A DNA stretch of 57,917 nucleotides from Bigelowiella natans CCMP2755 (taxonomy: Eukaryota; Protista; Cercozoa), in assembly GCA_000320545.1 (NCBI GenBank), contig ADNK01000127.1, positions 1 to 57,917 of the forward strand. Direction: 5' to 3'. Below the pieces are notes generated by a model, which searched no databases, was not told the origin of the DNA, and was given only the letters and a program-made list of their open reading frames with translations. The position numbers and the translations under genes were made by a program. Shown here in pieces: positions 1 through 14,396 of this stretch. The stretch's first letter is position 1. The number at the start of each line of letters is the position of its first letter.

Positions 1-24
1 CGACAGAGAGATAGAGCTGGCTGC

Positions 25-68
<44 letters not shown>

Positions 69-99
69 CTCTCCTGATCCTAGCTAAAAAAATGATGAT

Positions 100-791
100 C
101 TTCGAGAATTCCACCTCTGGCTGCTAATCGTACTCCCCTCCTACCGCCCAATATTATCACTATTGTTTATCCTCATGATGTAGCATTTCCTACATATAAT
201 TCACCTCAATCGCCTGGTTCTTGCTCATGCGGCGCACTTGCTGAGGAATTGGAGTGTGAACGACTCTGTCGCCATGCCCTGCAATTGCAGATAATCTTCA
301 ATACTTTTTTGGTGAGAAATAGCCTTTATATCCACTCAAAGTGATGGATATGTCAATCGACGATTCCCTGAAACCTCTTTATTTTTCTGTCTATTTTTAA
401 GTAACAGAAATAGAGGGATGTTGCACCGCAATGGCAGAAGTTGTAGGAGAGTTCTGATGTGGTGTCATACCGCATTGGCCGTCTTTTCCGTATCCCCATG
501 TGAATACCTTCCCCTGGGGATTTTGTTGTTAATTACGTTTGTATTTTAATATCACATGGCCATTTGGATCAAAGACCGATGTGTATATTCGGAAAATGAC
601 ACCAATAGCGTAACATATGTGCGTGCGTGTGTGTGTGTGTGTGTGTGTGCGTGTGTGATGCCCGTGTATTTGTCACGCACATCCTCGGTGATCGCAGCAC
701 TATGGTACAACCCAGCGTCAATCTAAGCAGCAGAATAAGGATGATCATATCGACACTCGCACAAGCTTTCACAAGTAGTAGAAGTACCGGC

Positions 792-826
<35 letters not shown>

Positions 827-1747
827 AAGAAGAAGAAGAAGAAGAAGAAGAAGAAATAGCAGTAGTATTGACCTTCACTATTTTTTGAGTCGGGCCAAAC
901 GCTTTTATCTGTGTCGGGGTGCGCGTGTATCGATCACTGCTGGACCCACCACCTTGGACGATGATGAGACCAATAACAGAAACAAAAAAATAATCAGGGA
1001 TTGCGTGCATCTATGCATTTTTGCGTGGGTGCGGATGGAAAATAGCTCAACTCTGCTAGTAGTATTGCGGCTAGTACTGCAGCCCACCTAATCCTGTTTG
1101 GCCGTAGTCTCCCGCCCCAAAAGAATACAGCTTTCCGTCCTACCAGCGGATGAGGATGAGGAGGAGGAGAAGGAAGGGAGGGGTGGTGGGGGGAGGGAGG
1201 GAGGGAACAAAACAAAAGTAACAGACGCAGGAGGAGGAGGAAGAATAATCAGGATTTGGTCGTATCGGTATGCTTTCTATCTCGAGCTTTCTGTTTGGAT
1301 GCAAACGGCAGCGGCAGCAGCAAAAGGAGGAAGAGTAATGACAACACTAGCATTGATGACGATGATGATAGGGATGATGATGATGATGGTGATAATGAAG
1401 ATGATACCTTGGTAAGGGCGAGTGAGAAGGAGTTTCCGCACTTCGCATCAACCACATCGGCCAAGGTTCCCACAAGGGTCTTAGGTCATCATCAATAGAG
1501 ACCGATATTCAGAACGGGGTTTCAGCGATGAAGATGGTGGTGGTGATGATGATGATGATGATGATGATGCGGAGGACAATAGATGTGAGAAGGCAGAGGA
1601 GAGAATTTAAAAAGACCGGTGTTTGCACGTAGTAGTTATCATCTTGAAGGTCAGTTTCATCGCCAGCATAATCTCCGGTACGTTCTCTACTTCCTAACCC
1701 TAGGGCACCTTCGTACTTGGATCCCCAAGCATACAACTCTCCCTTGA

Positions 1748-1780
<33 letters not shown>

Positions 1781-2580
1781 CAGTAGTGGTGGTAGTAGTA
1801 TGTGTATCATTCTTCATAATTTCGTCGCTCGTTTGTGTCGTTTGTGTCACGGTAGTTGGCGATGCTTTTCTTCGCATTCTTCTTCTTCTTCTTCTTCTTT
1901 ATATTCTTCGTGTTTCTCTCCTTCTTGAAAGCGGTAGAAGATATTGTGTGACGTACTGGCTACTACCTGTTTTGTGACAGCGAGCATGTGTGTAGGCCCA
2001 CATGACACGCTTTCTACCTGCTTCCCTATCGCACAACAATCCCACAACTATATCAGACACATATCCCATATTTTAATGCGTGCATGCGTGCGTCCGTGCG
2101 TGCGTGTGTGTGTGTGCATGTGTGTGTGTGTGTGTGTGTGTGTACGTGTATTTTAATGTATATTCAGCGACGATATATTTAAGATCTCTGAGTAAGGAGA
2201 GGCCCCACCACGATCGTAATTATCAGGTGTTGTTATACTGCATCAATAAACTGACAACTCGCTTATTATCACCTTCCAGTGCGGATACGAGCCCAGGGGA
2301 CTTACCGTTGCCTTCTCGGCCTAATGCCTCCCCCGCGCCCCAGGTGTACACTCTTTTCCGATATTTGTTGTCAGAGTGACCGGAGAAGGAGCAGAGGTAG
2401 CAACGAAGAGGAAAGAAGAGAAATAGAGAATTCAATCGAGACAGGTGTTGTTGACATGCATTGGCGCCTTTGTGGCAGCATGGATTTCCATTATAAAACT
2501 AGGACTTTTCATTCCCTTGAAAACTTAGCTGTTCTTCAGGCAAAGAGTGCCGTTTCGCATGTTGGCGAAAGTACTATTTC

Positions 2581-2648
<68 letters not shown>

Positions 2649-2655
2649 TTTGCAT

Positions 2656-2697
<42 letters not shown>

Positions 2698-3689
2698 ATG
2701 GTTTGCTCACTTTCCGTCTTTTGAGACCGCCACCGCCACCTTTACAATGTAATTAGTGGTATCATTATTTTCATCGTCACCATCATTGTCGTGGGTTTGA
2801 GTTCGGTCATGATCGTTGTCACTATCACTATCATCATCATCATCATCATCATCATCGTAGTCATCATCGTCATCATCGCCGTCATCTTGACAACATTTTC
2901 AGAGATGTCCACGTCCTTTACGATGATGTCTGTCAACCCCTCCACGCGTCGTGGATATGACGTTTCTGAGATATCACCATGTCCTAGCACCATCCTCTTC
3001 CCTTTTTACAGTGAACATAACAGAAAGAATGATGATGATGCTGCTGATGATGATATACAGTCTTCCTGGCTCATCACGCAGGGGAAACGTCGAGACTTAC
3101 CCCTCCCCCAAGTGTATACAGCCCCATCCGATGTCACCTAATATGTGATGGTGATAGGACACCGTTGGGGACGACACGATAAAAAATTCTGTTTTTCTTC
3201 ACCCACGCAATTTTGTGTGACGCAATCGCTTTGTGTTTGTGTTTGAGTGTGTGTGTGTGTGTCGGTGTGTGTATGTGCACAAAACATGACAAAATATATA
3301 TATCATATTTGTTACAGTTCTAAACTGTATGAACATCCGACCTACCGCCATCGATGCGTAGAGCCCTGATGATAAGTAGACATAATGACAACAGGAACAC
3401 GATCATCAGCGAGCGACAAGGGCAGCTACAAAGCAAAGCCATATCTCTTCTCACTGCGAGAGGATACTATCTATGAGAGGGATATAGGTAGGAGAATATA
3501 TGGTAAGGAAATATATTCTTGACCATATATAGTACCTGCCGCAATCTTGACAACTTCCTCTACATCAAGAGCCTCAACACGGGTCGGTGTTGCCCTGTTC
3601 TTTCCGTCGCCCAGCCCTAGCTGATTCTGAAAGAACGTTACAACAGACGATGGGGTTTGTACGTGCAGGTATCCACGGTACACACACTT

Positions 3690-3720
<31 letters not shown>

Positions 3721-3726
3721 CTAAAT

Positions 3727-3789
<63 letters not shown>

Positions 3790-4118
3790 GCTCTAGTACA
3801 GACATATTGTGCGCTCCCGAAGCTGTAGACTCCATCACTGTCTTCATTGCCAGCAGCGGCTTCAGCAGCATTCTGGAACGATGTTGCCCCCGAGAAATAA
3901 AGAATTGACGATGAAATGGCCACTGCAGCAGCACTTGCAGCTCCTGCCGCTGTGATAACACGGGAGCCTCGACTGAACCGACGAAATCCCTTGCTAAATG
4001 GTAACTCCAAGACTCGAGAATGCTCATTTCCTAAACGTTTAGGGCCTTCCGCAAAGATGGACGATGATCGGCGCCGCAACAATGAAAACGACCTGCTCAG
4101 CAAACCGCCGCCACTCAT
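100..4118 (-). CDS. RCC1-repeat (beta-propeller) protein, multi-exon host gene; 3' end approximate, may extend beyond the window
   Basis: Exonic peptides VYSFGSAQ..NQLGLGDGKNRATPTRVEAL, VYTWGRG..VLGHGDISETSYPRRVEGL, VYTWGAGEALGREG, VESVSCGPTHMLAVT, GELYAWGSKYEGALGLG and DAKCGNSFSLALT are typical RCC1 repeats. ATG at 4118 is followed by an Arg/Ser-rich presequence-like N-terminus. Confidence 0.8.
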
Positions 4119-5430
4119 GGTTGGACCTCGGCGACGCCACGAACGAAATGACCAGGCTACCAAAAGGAATTAACGATTAAGTTATTCTCGGGCTCAGAAA
4201 AGGAGACAGCGCTCCAGATAGCGAGGGCTCTCGAAGGTTCAGCGATCAGTATTATGGCTAAAGTACTTCCTCCCAGCATCATGGATATGAATTAGTGTCT
4301 CTCCCTCAACATTTGTTACAGTGAACAATGTTGCCAGTCTCCGTCCCCCCCTCCATCCCCTAAGCCAAACAAGTTGATACCGCGCATGTGTGCCCTTAAA
4401 TTGAAGCAGAACCGTCCCGGCTACGACTGGCTAAGCTTGCGATTGATTCACTTCCCGTTTCTTCATCGCGACAACATTTCGTGCATCGTCGGATGTCAAG
4501 AAATAATGGGGAATCAGAAGGATTTAATTTAACATTTTTTTGCGCTAGAAACATCCTAATTTATCGAGGAATTGAAGAATGGCCAAAAAATGTTGCCATT
4601 AGCGTTGGTTCCCTTAAATTGTGATGTTCTCGAAATCTTTTGGTCGTATCCTCGACACCTGCTGATGATCAAGCGCTTGGGCGATCTGATGGAAGAAATA
4701 CTATGTCGCAGGATTGTTAATGGATTTGTTTCATACATTTATTATCTACCTTCTGCTTTAGTATTCTCAAATAAGGAACAATTTTCAGACTTATGGAGGC
4801 GGAAAACTCTCTCGCCTGTAGAGATTCGGCTTCATATTTCACCTATTTGAGATGGAAATACAGTATTTTCTAAGTTTTGATGCTACATTTCAACCCTGAT
4901 CAGGGAAACCTGCATCCATTAATTTCTGAAAATTGCATATGCCGTTGTGGGGGGTATGTAAACTTGTTGCAACTTTTTCGTGCACAAAATATTGAAAATA
5001 ACGAAAACGCTTGTCATCTTCCCTCTGAGACAATCATAAAATTTGCCGCCTTCGGAAACGGGTGTCAAACGGCGTCACCGTTCATTGCGGGCGGGAAAGG
5101 TGAGAACCGGATGATGATCGTAGAATTCCCCTCGAAATGCACCATGATGCAAGAGAGAAGTGCTTATGTGATCGGGAATTCAACGGCGTTTCCTATATCT
5201 AGGCCTCACTCATCCCGAAACAAGTCTATACATCTGACTCATTTCGTAAGGCAGCCCTCCACCCAAACTTTATTTCGTGCAGATCTTCGTTTCTCGAATG
5301 GAGGATTGTGTCCTGCATGTACTTCGATGTTTCTAAATCCGTGAGCAATAGGTTGGTCCCGAAGTCCATGTACTGACTGACATCATCCATTTTTCTTTGG
5401 ATAGAAAGGTGCCAAGATTTAGTCGAATTC

Positions 5431-6816
5431 ATGGAGGAGAACATCCCATTTGGAATGTCTGTTGCGGTGGAAGGAGTGAGCTCGGAGGAGACCCAGCAAA
5501 ACTCGTTCCCAAAAAGCATGTTTAACAGCAACGATGATGGCACTCTTTCGAGTGCAGTGACGAAAATTTCCTGGAGAGGGGGCACATACGACTGTCAGAT
5601 TATCCTGAGCCCTGAGATCGTGAGAATGGTGGCAAGAATCTTAGACCTTCACTTCCGTGCACCCCTGAGAGGCGTCTGTACAGCATGGCGAGACGCGCTT
5701 TCTGCTCGTCCAGCACTCTGCACCCCTTATTCGGATGTTTTTTACCCAAGGCTGAACAGCAATCTTCCAGGCTTAAACCCAGATCGAGTGGCCCTGTCAT
5801 TCACGGTTACTGCTCCGATGACGAGTGGAAAATCCAAGAAGCAAGACGCTGCGACTGCTACAGCAAGGGAAGTAATAACTTGTCGCAAAAGACGGGCGCC
5901 TTCCATTGTGAGTGAGCGGCGTCGTCCCTGTAGGAATCTTGGCCACGCAGAGGATAAAAGCTGTGATTGTCGATGCGAGTGCCGATTGGTTTTGTACGGC
6001 TTATACTTGCGCAACGGCTGCGGAGAGCATGTTCGGTCCAATTCAATGCGTATACGCTTTCCTTGCGAAGTATGCCGGCACCGATCGCCTGCGGGCAGCA
6101 GTCTTGTTAGTGAGGGAAAATTTGGAAGAAAGGCAATGAAGAGAAAGAGGAGATACAACATGCTGACACCGCTGCCCCCCTCATCCCCGTCGGTACCCCT
6201 AATACAGAAACCTAATGGCCAAAAGTATGAGAAGGATATCACTTTCCGAGGCGCTGACCACCGTTGCAGCTTTTCTCTCCCCGAGAAATTATTATTACAC
6301 GACGCCTGTGTCAATTGCTTAGATCGATGGAAGCATGAGAGCAGAAGTAGCCGTCCGTCTTATCTTTCCCGCAGCTTTTGTATATGCTCGCTATACGACG
6401 AAATGGGAAGTAGAGGCGATGAGAGTGCTGGGAGTAATTGGTACTTTAAACGAAGAAAACGGACAGGAATGTGTTATATAGATGGCACTAGAGGAGGGGA
6501 GGCAAAGACAAATGAACGGCAACGGTATCGACGTTCTCGTGCAATCACTGAATCGTCGCGCTCAACGCCCCCTCGGACCCCAGATCATCACCCTCTTGTT
6601 GGAGATGTAGATCTAATGCGACCCCGAACAATCACTCCTTCTGGCACTGTTTTGTTGCCGTCTTCATCATCGTCTAGATCGGCTGCGTCGTCGAGCACCA
6701 TCCAACGTTTAGCCCAGCTGTTCAATCCTTCCTCCGTTCCGGTGTCGCAGATGCTCATGCTACACGACGACGCGACAACTATGACATATCCTGATTTATG
6801 CCTCCCCTTTATCTGA
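5431..6816 (+). CDS. F-box-domain protein, single exon, 461 aa
   Basis: Long ORF containing ILSPEIVRMVARILDLHFRAPLRGVCTAWRDAL (F-box-like), followed by Cys/His-rich and Ser/Arg-rich regions. Confidence 0.65.
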   Translation: MEENIPFGMSVAVEGVSSEETQQNSFPKSMFNSNDDGTLSSAVTKISWRGGTYDCQIILSPEIVRMVARILDLHFRAPLRGVCTAWRDALSARPALCTPYSDVFYPRLNSNLPGLNPDRVALSFTVTAPMTSGKSKKQDAATATAREVITCRKRRAPSIVSERRRPCRNLGHAEDKSCDCRCECRLVLYGLYLRNGCGEHVRSNSMRIRFPCEVCRHRSPAGSSLVSEGKFGRKAMKRKRRYNMLTPLPPSSPSVPLIQKPNGQKYEKDITFRGADHRCSFSLPEKLLLHDACVNCLDRWKHESRSSRPSYLSRSFCICSLYDEMGSRGDESAGSNWYFKRRKRTGMCYIDGTRGGEAKTNERQRYRRSRAITESSRSTPPRTPDHHPLVGDVDLMRPRTITPSGTVLLPSSSSSRSAASSSTIQRLAQLFNPSSVPVSQMLMLHDDATTMTYPDLCLPFI

Positions 6817-7540
6817 GAATATGCGATTAGCTGGAATTGAAAGCAGAGAAGCAGAGAATATTATCATGTCTCCCACCTGTATGCGGTACTAGGATCATAG
6901 GCTAGTGCGAGTTTAAATTTAGAAATCTTCGCGGAGCTCGTAACTCAAAGTCGACGATCTGTTACAAATATGACATAATATCTGTTTATCTAGTTATTGA
7001 CGATTTGGGCTTGCTATCTAGCTATCTAGCTATGTTTTGTGGCTTTATTCGCGTTAGATTGTCATGCGAACAATCGTGTCTATGCGCATGCTAGCACGCT
7101 AGCATGCATCTTTCGTTGCTTTCAACTTGTGATAGTATATCTAGATATCGTCAGCAAACGCAGACTATATCTGATCTAGCTGATCCGCGCCACGATACAG
7201 CACGCACATGCTAGCATATACTTGCTAACTATATCAACGATCGTAAGGCCGTCACAGAAGCAGCAGCAGCGCAAATTTAGAGCAGCGCATGTTTATTAGA
7301 TGAGCATACTAGCACAGCACATGTAAATATTACTGTAGATTGCTAGACAATTAATCATCTGCGATTTAATTTGCGGCGACTGCGCGAGCACAGCAACCAC
7401 TCAGTGCGAGAGGCATCATTGCAATAAGCTAACGCACACAATGTAGTTCGAAAAAATACTATTAATAGACACATATAATATGTAAGTCGCAAAGCATGAA
7501 CGTGCGCTGATAACCAAGAGAGAAGATGTAAATATATCAA

Positions 7541-8027
7541 TTAATCAATCGCCTGCGTCTGAGCGCGTTCCCTTCCCATAAGATTTGCCGGGTTTTCCTT
7601 CGTTGTTGACAACGGAGAGTCGTTTGATGACATAGAATTCTGTAATTGTCCGCCGCTTCCTGCATTTCGCAACGATCCAGTTGGTGAATAACTGTTGTTG
7701 TTCCTTGTGACTCGTTTGATGTCTTCCAAAACGGGATCCTCCATAGATCGGATTTCATTGAAACGATTTGGTCGAGATTGGCGAGGAAATATAGCCCTTG
7801 GTGATGCAGCCTTTGTTAGGCGAGCAGTGGCATTCGAATCGCTAATAGAATTCCTTCCACTTGGATTTGTTGATAAGACGATCTTTGAAAAACCTTCGTT
7901 TTTGGCTGTTGGGTGAGTTGAAGTATGACCGCTATCCGTTAGCCCGCCTGGTTGATGAATGATGAAAGTACACAGGAAAAAAAAATTAGGAAGCAATGAA
8001 TGGCGGACCAACGTTATATCGCACGAT

Positions 8028-8062
<35 letters not shown>

Positions 8063-11000
8063 CACACGCACACACATACACACCTTTGCGTTGCATCATG
8101 AAGTGCATTGCATAGTAGCCTGCGTCTTTTTTGCGGAAGACGACGAACCAGAAGCAATACCCAAGAACAACGAAGTTAACCAGAGCAACCAGAAACACGA
8201 CGTATGAAAACCCTGAGAGAGTGTGCGAAGTGTCATTCAAACGAGGCATTGAAACGAGGCACTGTAATAATTAGCTGAGATATAAATAGTGCCTTCTACA
8301 AAGCTTCGAGGCAACACTCCCTCCTCGGAGAACAGGTAATTAAACATCTCCAGCAGGGACGTCAGCATCAGTAAAAAGAGAAGAGAAAGCTGAACAGGAA
8401 GCTTCCACTTCATATGGCGAACGTGCGGTCGGAGCCATAGCTGTTGTATCATCACATCAAGGTACACAGAGCCAATCATTTGATGGAGGGAAGTTCCTCA
8501 CATCCTTTCTTGCAAGGATTCTGGTTTTGAATTTTCTACCAGAAGTCCTCCAAATGTCATCATAGCCATTAAGTTCAGCGCAAGCTTCACAATCTGCGGT
8601 TAGCGAAACTTTGCTCTGCTGCATATCGTCGCTCTCATATAGATTTAACGATTCTCGTCTTTTACTGTGTAGTTTTTCACATCTTACAAGCACCTGCTCC
8701 TTGATGCCGTTGCGGGAGAGGTAGACTCGAGTCATACACAGAAAGAAAGCCAGAAGCATTTGGCATTGCAGCACCTGTAATATCATCGGGGGGAAACGAG
8801 GATCTGACGCATTCGAAAACCTGAGAAGGTCTTAGGTGGTGAGCACGAACCCAGTATCGGTTTGGAAGGTAGTCGTCGCCAAAGAATCTGTCGATGAGAA
8901 CATTCCAAAACAAAATACTTAGCATGCGACCCACTTTCCCACAGGACTCAAATTATGACAACAATGTTCCCAATCCTTTCGAGGGTGGGGGGTACTTTCG
9001 GTAGTGCCGTTGCAGAAGCTTTTCCTCACGGCGAGTCGAGTTGTAGACGCTGCGAATCTTGAGCAGCGACCAAATCGGGAAAAAGAGGCTGTGGAAACAG
9101 AGCACGACCAGACCCAACACCATAACAGGGAGATGCACTGGGCCAGCGCATTCAATGTTTGGATTCGCCCAGGAGACGAGCTCACCATTTGAGCCTATAC
9201 AGTACGATGCTCCAGCACCCAGCAGCGTCGCAGGAGTGTAAACTGCTATAAGGAAGACGAACACGTTGCCTCGGAAGTTTTTGGCCATCTCAAGCTTGCC
9301 GAATGGCCCTTTGCCGGAAAGAACAAAGGCCAGGATTAGTGCTAATAAGGAAGCGCCTAATATGACATACTCTCGGAGAAAGGCTTCGTTGTTGTCAGAG
9401 AAACACTCCGGCCCCACAGCTTGGAAATCGAAGGAGGCGACGTTTATCCACGCCAGTACTACGGTTGCAGCAGGGGCATTGGCACTCGCTGTAGTAGTGA
9501 CGAGCGCGAAAAGCTGGAGGACAAGCACGGTCCAAATTGCGAAGTCTTTTGCCTGCCAGGTTATCAAATCCCTGTATTCCTCTCCCGATCTTCCAAGCTC
9601 ACTACACCGCAAGCACGTGTACACTGAAATGAAGATAGTCGCTGCAAGGCCGATCAAAACAGCGAGTGGTAGTCCCCCCTCCAAGGACGACTCTGGGCAT
9701 GCAAAGCACTCTCCAAGCTGCTCGAAAAAGCCGTCCTGGCAGGACGAGCACAGTACCCCTTCGTAACCAGAGCCGCAATCTGCTTCACTCCCCGAGATGT
9801 CCCAGCCGCGACAGCGCGTCGTGGACGGCGCGCCGCACCTGCTGACACTACCAATCTCCTCGCTAGCAGTCCAGTACCCTGTTGAATAGCGTTTTAGCAA
9901 TGCATCAGCACGTCATTGAGTACACCAGCATCGATCATCTGCATGCTTCAAGAGCAGTCGAAGATCACGGCTCACCTTCTCGAGGCCACATTCGGTTTCC
10001 TCCAGGGCAATACGCATTGGAATCGCACGGTCGGCAGCCATCTCCAACCCCGAAGGCACAACCATCGGGATACTCCTCGATTCTCGCGCACTGGACCGAG
10101 GAGGTGAAGCGCATCGTCTCACTACATTCTGGGGTGTAGAAGAAACCAAGGCCACTCAGCGGACACTCGCCCGGGCAGGCAATTGAACCGCCTATGGCTT
10201 CGTCCGGCTGCCCCCCCCTGATCAGGCCATTTGGAAAGGAGATCCGGACAGGCTGGTATCCGCATTCCTCGTCGTCGCCACAGAGCGAGGAGTAGGAGGG
10301 CGACAAGAACGTTACGTTTGATGCGGAGCATGAGAGAACCTCCGCCTGGAGCGAGCCAATTGTCACCATAGGGCAGTTTGTAGTGCTGCCGCCACCGCTG
10401 CTGCTGCCGCTGCTATTTCCACTGAAATCAGCGCCAAGAAGGAATGGGTCCTGAATCAACGCAACGACTTCAGTGGCACCGTTTAGCGTGACCGAGTATT
10501 CTACTCTCCCATCCCCGGCCGTTTCTGTGACCGACGATAAAAGAGACCCTTCGAACCGAATAGCCCAATCAGCAATTAAAGGCCAAATCACGTCCCTCAC
10601 AGTCACTGAGAAAGGGATGCTGACGCTTTGGCCAGTGGCCTCCTCAACGATGCTGCAATCAATGAGCCCCGTACGTTCCTCGTGGACGGGACTATACACC
10701 GAGTGTAGGGTATACTCGGCACTCTCGCCGCTGCCAGTGAGGAAGGCCGCGCCATCTGCGGGATCGATAACCACCATGCTAGTATCCGACGAGACGCAAC
10801 GAATCGTAAGGTCTGGATTTCCAAGCAAGTCATTCGTCAGCGTAATGGTGGAGACTCCCTGCCCGCTAACATCCCTGTCAGCAGCCCAGGGAGGGAAGCT
10901 CTCGTGCAATAGCGTGTTTGTATTGGATATAGAGAGTTGGGCAAGGTTTTCGATAGGCGACGGCGTTGTTGGTGTTAGAGTCGAGGGAGATTGAGTTAAT

Positions 11001-13184
11001 GGGGCCTGAGTCAATGGAGCCTGAGTCAATGGAGCTTGTGTAGGCGAATATGTGAGTACGGACGTTGAAGGGGACTGGGTGAGTAAGTTTTCGCTCAATT
11101 CGAAGATTCCACCAACCTTTGATAGCCGAAGAAGGGTGGGAAAAGAACAAAGGCATATAGAAGCGTCCAGTAAAAATTGGTTGTGATGACCCGAGTACAA
11201 GTTTTAGCAGATTCATCATTCAATGCAGAAGTGGCTACCGTTGCCATGTACACAACTTGATTGTTAAAGTCAACTTCGAGATCCTAAGATTTCACTCACA
11301 ACACTTAATCGTGATTCTCTACCTCAGTTGGAAAAAGAAAGAGGTAACCGTTGCAAGTACCTGCGGCATAGCAAACCGGGCAGTCTCGATGGTCCCTCCT
11401 ACTCGAGCAGGGTCGGTCACAGCAACTACGGGGTTTCCTAAGGTGGAAATGACGAAGAATTTTTGATATTATTGTAAGTAGAGAAGCGTTAGATTGTTTG
11501 CAGATTGGACCTCCACCAAGCACAGTATCGACTGCAAAACCGTTGCTCACAACTACCCTCTTCAGCGTGTCGTTTCTCTGAGAAATGGTTTCACAACGAA
11601 GAAGAAGAAGAAGATGCGTATTACCAACCACAAATGCATGTTTACAACTAGTAAATCACGTTGTCAGAGAAGAAGAAGAAGCTTGGTACTTGCCCCCCTC
11701 CTGCGGCAAGAAGTCCTCGAGGAACTGTCTGCTCCACGGGGCTATCATATTGTAGCGAATCTATGATCAGAGCGTTGCTATATCCTATATAGTACTTCAT
11801 CATCCAAACCCTATTGTTGATAGCGTTGTTACTTCGTTCGAGGAAGGGTCCATTACTCGGAGATACGCAATTAGATCATTCTCGTCGATCAGATATCTAA
11901 AATACAGAAGCGTCAGTTTGCATCTCTCACACTCCTTGATTTCCGACGTTTAAAATTAAAGATCGTACATGTTTCCGTTGTACACATGTAAGCTTTCTAT
12001 AAATCCAAACTCTGCATTTGTTCCAACGCCATCTTGTATCGGATCCGCAGTGGAAGTGAATCCTGCAACTACTGTTGGCTGCGAAGGCATATAGAATCTA
12101 AATGAGTCTCAAGATCGTCTGCTTGCTATTACTGCCACGCAATACATTGTAAGGCTCTTCGAAGTTGATGGTGTAAATGAAGTCTGTACCACCGATATAA
12201 AACGTATTATCCGGCTCATAAGCGGCTATAGAAGTTGGTTGCTACGACAAAATGAAATCCAATATGAGCTCTGGAACAATGCAGATAGATATATCTTTGT
12301 TTTTACGAGGAAGACTGCTGCGCTGGAAGTGCCATCTTCAAAGACCGTTTCGACCTTCACATTATGGCCCAACGAATTTAGAACTTCCTATAAATATACG
12401 TTTAGAGACATTAGGGTTACCTCGCCATCTTCAACATCGACGACTCTGATAGCGTTGTTGAGCTGAAAATATGGAATGTGAGTGAAGAAGATAGGTTTTA
12501 CATCGCACTATATCTGCGGGCGGACCGTGTCACAAATAAAAAGGTCATCATTGTCGTCGCCTATCCTGAGAGCAATGCCTCTGGGACTTGAAAAACTAGA
12601 TGGATCAGGGGAAATAGGAGGCTAAACATGAGTAGGAAAAGAATATCACTTTTTAACCAAACCTGGACTGAGAACCATCTCCATCAGCAAATCCCGTTGA
12701 TTGAGGGGTTCCAGCTATTGTCCTCACTACCCCCGTGTCAAGTTGAAGAACTCGGATCGTATGATGCTCCTACAAAATTTCATCACCATTTTGTAATACC
12801 AAAATGTGTACCGTAATTCCATTGAACCTCGTCACTGAAGTAGAGAAAATTGTCCCCTTCATCTTCGATATATGCAAGGCCATATGCTCTTCCAACTAGA
12901 TCGATCCGAGTAATGAGGGAAAATAAGTTAAAACTAACCATCTGAACGTTAGACAATGTTGTCCGTACTTTGAGCACTCGATGCTGGACCATCGATGTTG
13001 GGACCTGATGCACTCGGGTTGAATCCGACAAGAATGTCCGCCATGGGCTGCAGATATATGATATGTGCGTTGCGGATTGAAACAAGTATCTAATGGTTAG
13101 GCTTACTCTTTGAAGTTGGTTAACTTGCGCTGTGACTAAGCATGGCAATACTAAAAGCAACAGCTGGAGATGGAAGCCGCCCAT
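7541..13184 (-). CDS. Large multi-exon surface protein: signal peptide, NHL-like propeller, Ser/Thr stalk, Ig/IPT-like and Cys-rich repeats, multi-pass TM C-terminus
   Basis: MGGFHLQLLLLVLPCLVTAQ signal peptide at 13184. NHL-like exons at 11.5-12.9 kb, TQAPL repeats, CxxC repeats (CRPCDSNAYCPGG, CGSGYEGVLCSSCQDGFF). Several hydrophobic helices in the 8953-9900 and 7986-8479 exons. Stop at 7541. Confidence 0.7.
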
Positions 13185-13590
13185 TGTTCCACCGGAGCTA
13201 AGGTTGCCGGAAGGGCTGTTAGTGCCAATTTGGGAAAACAACAGTTATGACACGCGATTTTCACTTGAGTATTAGTGGTGACCGCAAACGGGCAATAAAT
13301 AACCTCAACTCAACCTCACTTTTCAATCCGAGAAAAGTGCCCCTCTCTTCCCGACTGTATGATGTGGGTTTTGCAGCACCATCCTCGTCAGAACAAAAAC
13401 TGTCGGGAATTCAGCACGTTAGCCTTCAACGACAACCTCTGCTTCTTTAAATTCGACCGCAAGGATAAAATGTTATGACGCACAGCATAAATCCCCTGTT
13501 TTCCCCCTGAATTTTATGCTTTCTGGTAGCGCATCCGATCGATCGTATCTCCCCTAGCATCATCGAAACCTCTACCACTCCCCGGCGACG

Positions 13591-14396
13591 ATGCCGTGAG
13601 TCTTGCCTATTCATCTCATCTTCAAGAGGTAAAGCTTATAACACCCATTTGTATCATCTCTCTCACCATGAAATGACCTGAATTCTTTTTGCAGCTCAGT
13701 GACCGTTGCCGTAGTTGGAGCAAATGCTGCCGGATAGCGCGAAGAAAATAATATTCGTATTCTTCTTTGCCTTTATTGAGCAGGTTAGAGCTATTTAGTT
13801 TCGCTTAATTACTGTTGAGGAACTGATGGCAAACTTTTTGTTCGAATCTCAGTGCGCTGCTTCAAATGCATCAGATATATGTTGGTGCAAATGCTGCTCT
13901 ATGGAAAATGAATGCGAGCAAATCACCTTTCCAGTGAACGGATGTGGAGGCAGCTGCGACAAGGCATGTCATGAAATCACACAGATTGCGTTTGTGATCT
14001 TTTGCTACCGTTTAGAGGTGCCTCCCCCGCCAATGTCACGTTTATATCGCAATCGCATTCCATTAGGGTGTCTGCAAGGAACGCTTCCCAGAAAGATGTG
14101 ACGTCACAGAAATATCTGCCCTCTGTGTCGGTAAAATGAAGTGCCATAAAACTTTAGGCTGGATGAATATTTATCATCTAATCTCGTGCGAAATGAATAT
14201 TAGAACGGGACAGCATTTGGACAAAGGCAATGGTGCTTACTTTCATCGTTGTAGCTGCTATGCTTCTTACCGTAGCACTCCTCTCACGCTATGTAAGTGT
14301 CTACAGAATTAATTTGAATATGATATATATGGTAAAAATAATATCCATAATTCTTAGATTTCCCCGTTAAAAAGAGTGGTGGCAATCTTCAGATAG
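13591..14396 (+). CDS. Small Cys-rich single-pass membrane protein, multi-exon; 5' end uncertain
   Basis: Exons join as WCKCCSMENECEQITFPVNGCGGSCDK / GVCKERFPERCDVTEISALCV / RDSIWTKAMVLTFIVVAAMLLTVALLSRY / ISPLKRVVAIFR*, using GC-AG and GT-AG introns. Confidence 0.5.

Noticed and set aside
4556-5344. ORFs of 60-155 aa between the RCC1 and F-box genes
   Set aside because: No recognisable motifs or consistent exon structure; likely promoter or UTR sequence.
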